Shown in pieces: positions 61,391 to 64,000 of a stretch of 64,000 bases of DNA; position 1 is the first letter of the stretch; each line of letters opens with the position of its first letter. The translations under genes were made by a program, and so were the position numbers. The stretch spans positions 64,001-128,000 of the forward strand of contig CAWGPQ010000014.1 of NCBI GenBank assembly GCA_963824495.1, in the 5' to 3' direction. This DNA comes from an uncultured bacterium (GTDB lineage: Bacteria; Babelota; Babeliae; Babelales; Babelaceae). The notes below the pieces were generated by a model that saw nothing but the letters and a program-made list of their open reading frames with translations, was not told the DNA's origin and made no database searches.

Positions 61391-62787
61391 TTAAGAATTG
61401 GAATTAGGGTTAAAATTTGATCGTGCTTCTGCAGGTTGTCTTTGAGTAACAACAAGATGAGCAATGTGAGCGGCAATTTCAGCAGGAAGCACACCATTGG
61501 GTACAACAGCTAAAGGCTGTGCTGTTCCATTCGTATTGTTATTGGTATAGAGTACACCTGATCGCCCCTGTTGTCCCTCAGTTGAAAGCAAGTTAAGCAG
61601 TGCTTGACCTGCCACTTGACCTGCCACAGGTTCAAGAATATCTATAATATCTTGACGGTTGCGATATCTTTGCGCAAGCGACCAGGCTGATAATCCTTGA
61701 TGATTACGAATGTTTACATGAGCACCAGCTTGCAATAATTGTCTAACGATAGCTGTGCGTCCAGCTCGAATAGCCAGGTACAATGGTGTATCACCGTTAG
61801 TATTTTGACCATCAATGTGAGCACCATGAGCAAGTAATACTTGAAGAACAAGATCATTGCCATTACGTGCAGCTAAGTGTAGGAGGGTATTGCCCTCGTT
61901 GTCTTGTATAGTCAAATCGGGCTTATACTCAGCAAGCAAATCCTCAACAAGAGCTGCATAATTTTGGGCAACTGCCCACTGCAATGCTGTCATGCCATCG
62001 ATTTCTTGAGAGTTGCTGCGATAGGGATGAGGCAAACAGCAACCTATAAGCCTACCCCAAATAGTATCCTCCGTAATAAGGAGCCTTGTGACATTTTCCC
62101 TGTCCCTTGTGATAATTGCTAGGGCTAGTTCTGAGATGCCGCTATTTGTTAATGCTTGTATGACAATGTCTTTTTGTTGAGCTGATATGGCAGGTGGTAT
62201 AATTGCACCATAATATACAAGCATTCTAACGAGATCTATCTGCCCACATTTAGCTGCCCATATAGGTGGAGTCCAGCCCTGCTCATCGGCATGATTAACG
62301 TTGGCGCCATACCTGACAAGCATTTTAGCTGCCTCTATGTGCCCATGCATAGTTGCATACATTAAAGCTGTATAGTTACTGTTGCCGGTATGATTAATAT
62401 TAGCCCATGCTCTATAAGCATTCCAACTATATCGGTATGTCCATGCGTAGCTGCGTACATGAGAGCAGTATTGCCGATTCTATCAGCCTGGTTAACACAT
62501 ACGTCGTGCTCTAAAAGAATTTTAACTATAGTGGCATGACCATGTATAGCTGCCCGCATAAGAGCGAAGCTGTTATAATAATCACTAATAGCAGTGTGAT
62601 TAACATCAGCTCCACGCTCCAGCAGAGAAATTACGCCATCGCTATCTCCTGCTTTTGCTGCTGCTAATAACTGCTCATTAAGCTGAAAGTGGAACTGCTC
62701 TTGGTCAGAAAAATTCATGCTTATAAGCTGATCTGCGTTAAATGGAAAGATGCTAAAACCTGCTAATGTCAGAATATGCTTATTCAC
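61391..62787 (-). pseudogene. Ankyrin/F-box-like gene split by a 1-nt frameshift near 62404-62406
   Basis: Adding one base restores IEHGANINHTGNSNYTALMYAT and joins ORFs 62362..62787 and 61391..62362; ends LPAEIAAHIAHL. Confidence 0.82.
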
Positions 62788-62840
62788 GCTGCGTCTTCGT
62801 TTAAGCTATATTTTATTTAAAGTGACAGTCTTGTAATTAT

Positions 62841-62869
62841 ATTTTAGCTTGCTATGTGTGCCTTGTCAA
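62841..62869 (-). promoter_or_regulatory. Sigma70-type promoter of ankyrin gene
   Basis: TTGACA-17 bp-TAAAAT, in a context homologous to 12297..12325. Confidence 0.7.
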
Positions 62870-63043
62870 AGGCATTAGAAATAAGATAAAAGTCAAGCAC
62901 AAGTGATAGGTTTAGTTAAGATTTGTTGGTTTTGAGAAGCTATAGAGATTGACGATACTTAATAATCACGCTATTTTTAAAGGGAGATTAACCATGATGA
63001 ATATGAATTTATGCAAATGCTCTGTTGAGCACGAGGAAAACAC

Positions 63044-63664
63044 ATGAAAAAACAACTTATTATTTCACTAGTATTGTTATGTGTAGCTGGCGTTATACCG
63101 CATGTTCGTGCTGAGCGTGAAACGGCTCCTGTTACAAAAGTTGCCCATATTAACCTAAACTCTATTATGGGAGATAACTTAGAGCAAAGTGCTCATGAGT
63201 GGCGTGACCGTGTCTTACAGTTACAGAATGAATTGAGAGATCGAGCAACCAAAATTGAGGCTGATAAGGCAAAACTTGACAAGCTTGCTCGTGAAGTACG
63301 TCAAGATGACAGTAATCAAAAAAGCAGGTTTATGTCGGAAGGTGCAAAAAGCGATAGGACTACCGAAGCCCTAAAGCTTCAACGAGATATAGAATTTGCT
63401 ATAGAACAAGCCAAAGCGTATCAGATGGAAGCATTTCAGAAGATACAAGCGGATATTTTTGCCAAAGTTGAGAAAATTGCAGAAAAGATCGCAATTGATC
63501 AAGGCTGGGATATTGTACTTATGGGTGGCGGTGTCTATGTAAGCAAGCGTGCTGATCTTACGTATGATGTGCTTGCAGCGCTCAATAAAGATTATGACGC
63601 TCTTCAGGAAGCGGCAAAAAAAGCTGCTGAGAAGTCTTTCTCTAAAGCACCAGCAGCTGCTTAA
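63044..63664 (+). CDS. skp: OmpH/Skp periplasmic chaperone
   Basis: Signal peptide, KVAHIN, coiled coil, IAIDQGWDIVL, ADLTYDVL. Confidence 0.82.
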   Translation: MKKQLIISLVLLCVAGVIPHVRAERETAPVTKVAHINLNSIMGDNLEQSAHEWRDRVLQLQNELRDRATKIEADKAKLDKLAREVRQDDSNQKSRFMSEGAKSDRTTEALKLQRDIEFAIEQAKAYQMEAFQKIQADIFAKVEKIAEKIAIDQGWDIVLMGGGVYVSKRADLTYDVLAALNKDYDALQEAAKKAAEKSFSKAPAAA

Positions 63665-63685
63665 GCTGCGCTTGCGTGTATACCG

Positions 63686-64000
63686 ATGAATACACGTTTT
63701 CCCGAGATTCCACGTGCTATTAAAGCTATTATAGGTTTGGGTAATCCTGGCCCTCGGTATTATCGTAATCGGCATTCTGTTGGTTTTCGTGTTCTTGATG
63801 AATTTGCTCATATGCATAGTATAACTTGGCAAACGGGTAATGATATGGAGCTTGCTCATTATCGTGTGAATGGTCATGCTATTATGCTCGTAAAACCACA
63901 AACGTATATGAATACCTCAGGACACGTTATGAGTGCGCTTACAAAACGGGGAATCAAGCCTGAAGAAATGCTTGTGGTCCATGATGAACTTGAATTGCCT
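63686..64000 (+). CDS. pth: Peptidyl-tRNA hydrolase (partial)
   Basis: Own translation: IIGLGNPGPRYYRNRHSVGF...KPQTYMNTSG...VVHDELE. Confidence 0.95.
   Translation, partial: MNTRFPEIPRAIKAIIGLGNPGPRYYRNRHSVGFRVLDEFAHMHSITWQTGNDMELAHYRVNGHAIMLVKPQTYMNTSGHVMSALTKRGIKPEEMLVVHDELELP

Noticed and set aside
63371..63901. 176-aa minus-strand ORF
   Set aside because: Overlaps skp and pth on the opposite strand.

Overview
AT-rich bacterial chromosome segment. Scattered housekeeping genes (rng, gatB, glyA, efp, nusB, priA, polA, thyX, rpmA, secF, rho, tsaD, smpB, ssrA, skp, pth) are mixed with many signal-peptide-bearing hypothetical proteins and ankyrin-repeat genes. This suggests an intracellular symbiont or parasite of protists, most resembling Candidatus Dependentiae/Babelota (TM6); the taxonomy is inference only. 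The main signal is a ~17 kb conflict island between smpB and ssrA. It carries three paralogous polymorphic toxins with near-identical bodies and divergent bacterial-EndoU RNase tips, each followed by a diverged member of one small immunity-like family. Only one toxin is intact (with a Sec-type leader); the other two are broken by the same IS3-family element. The head-to-head A/B layout could act as an invertible toxin-tip switch. A second, unrelated toxin-like gene with a PD-(D/E)xK tip and its own paralogous downstream array converges on the first array at an IS-end scar. Outside the island are an ankyrin effector family with C-terminal F-box-like motifs, a nested REP-like palindromic element inserted in frame in an ankyrin gene, and an orphan IS200/IS605 right end.
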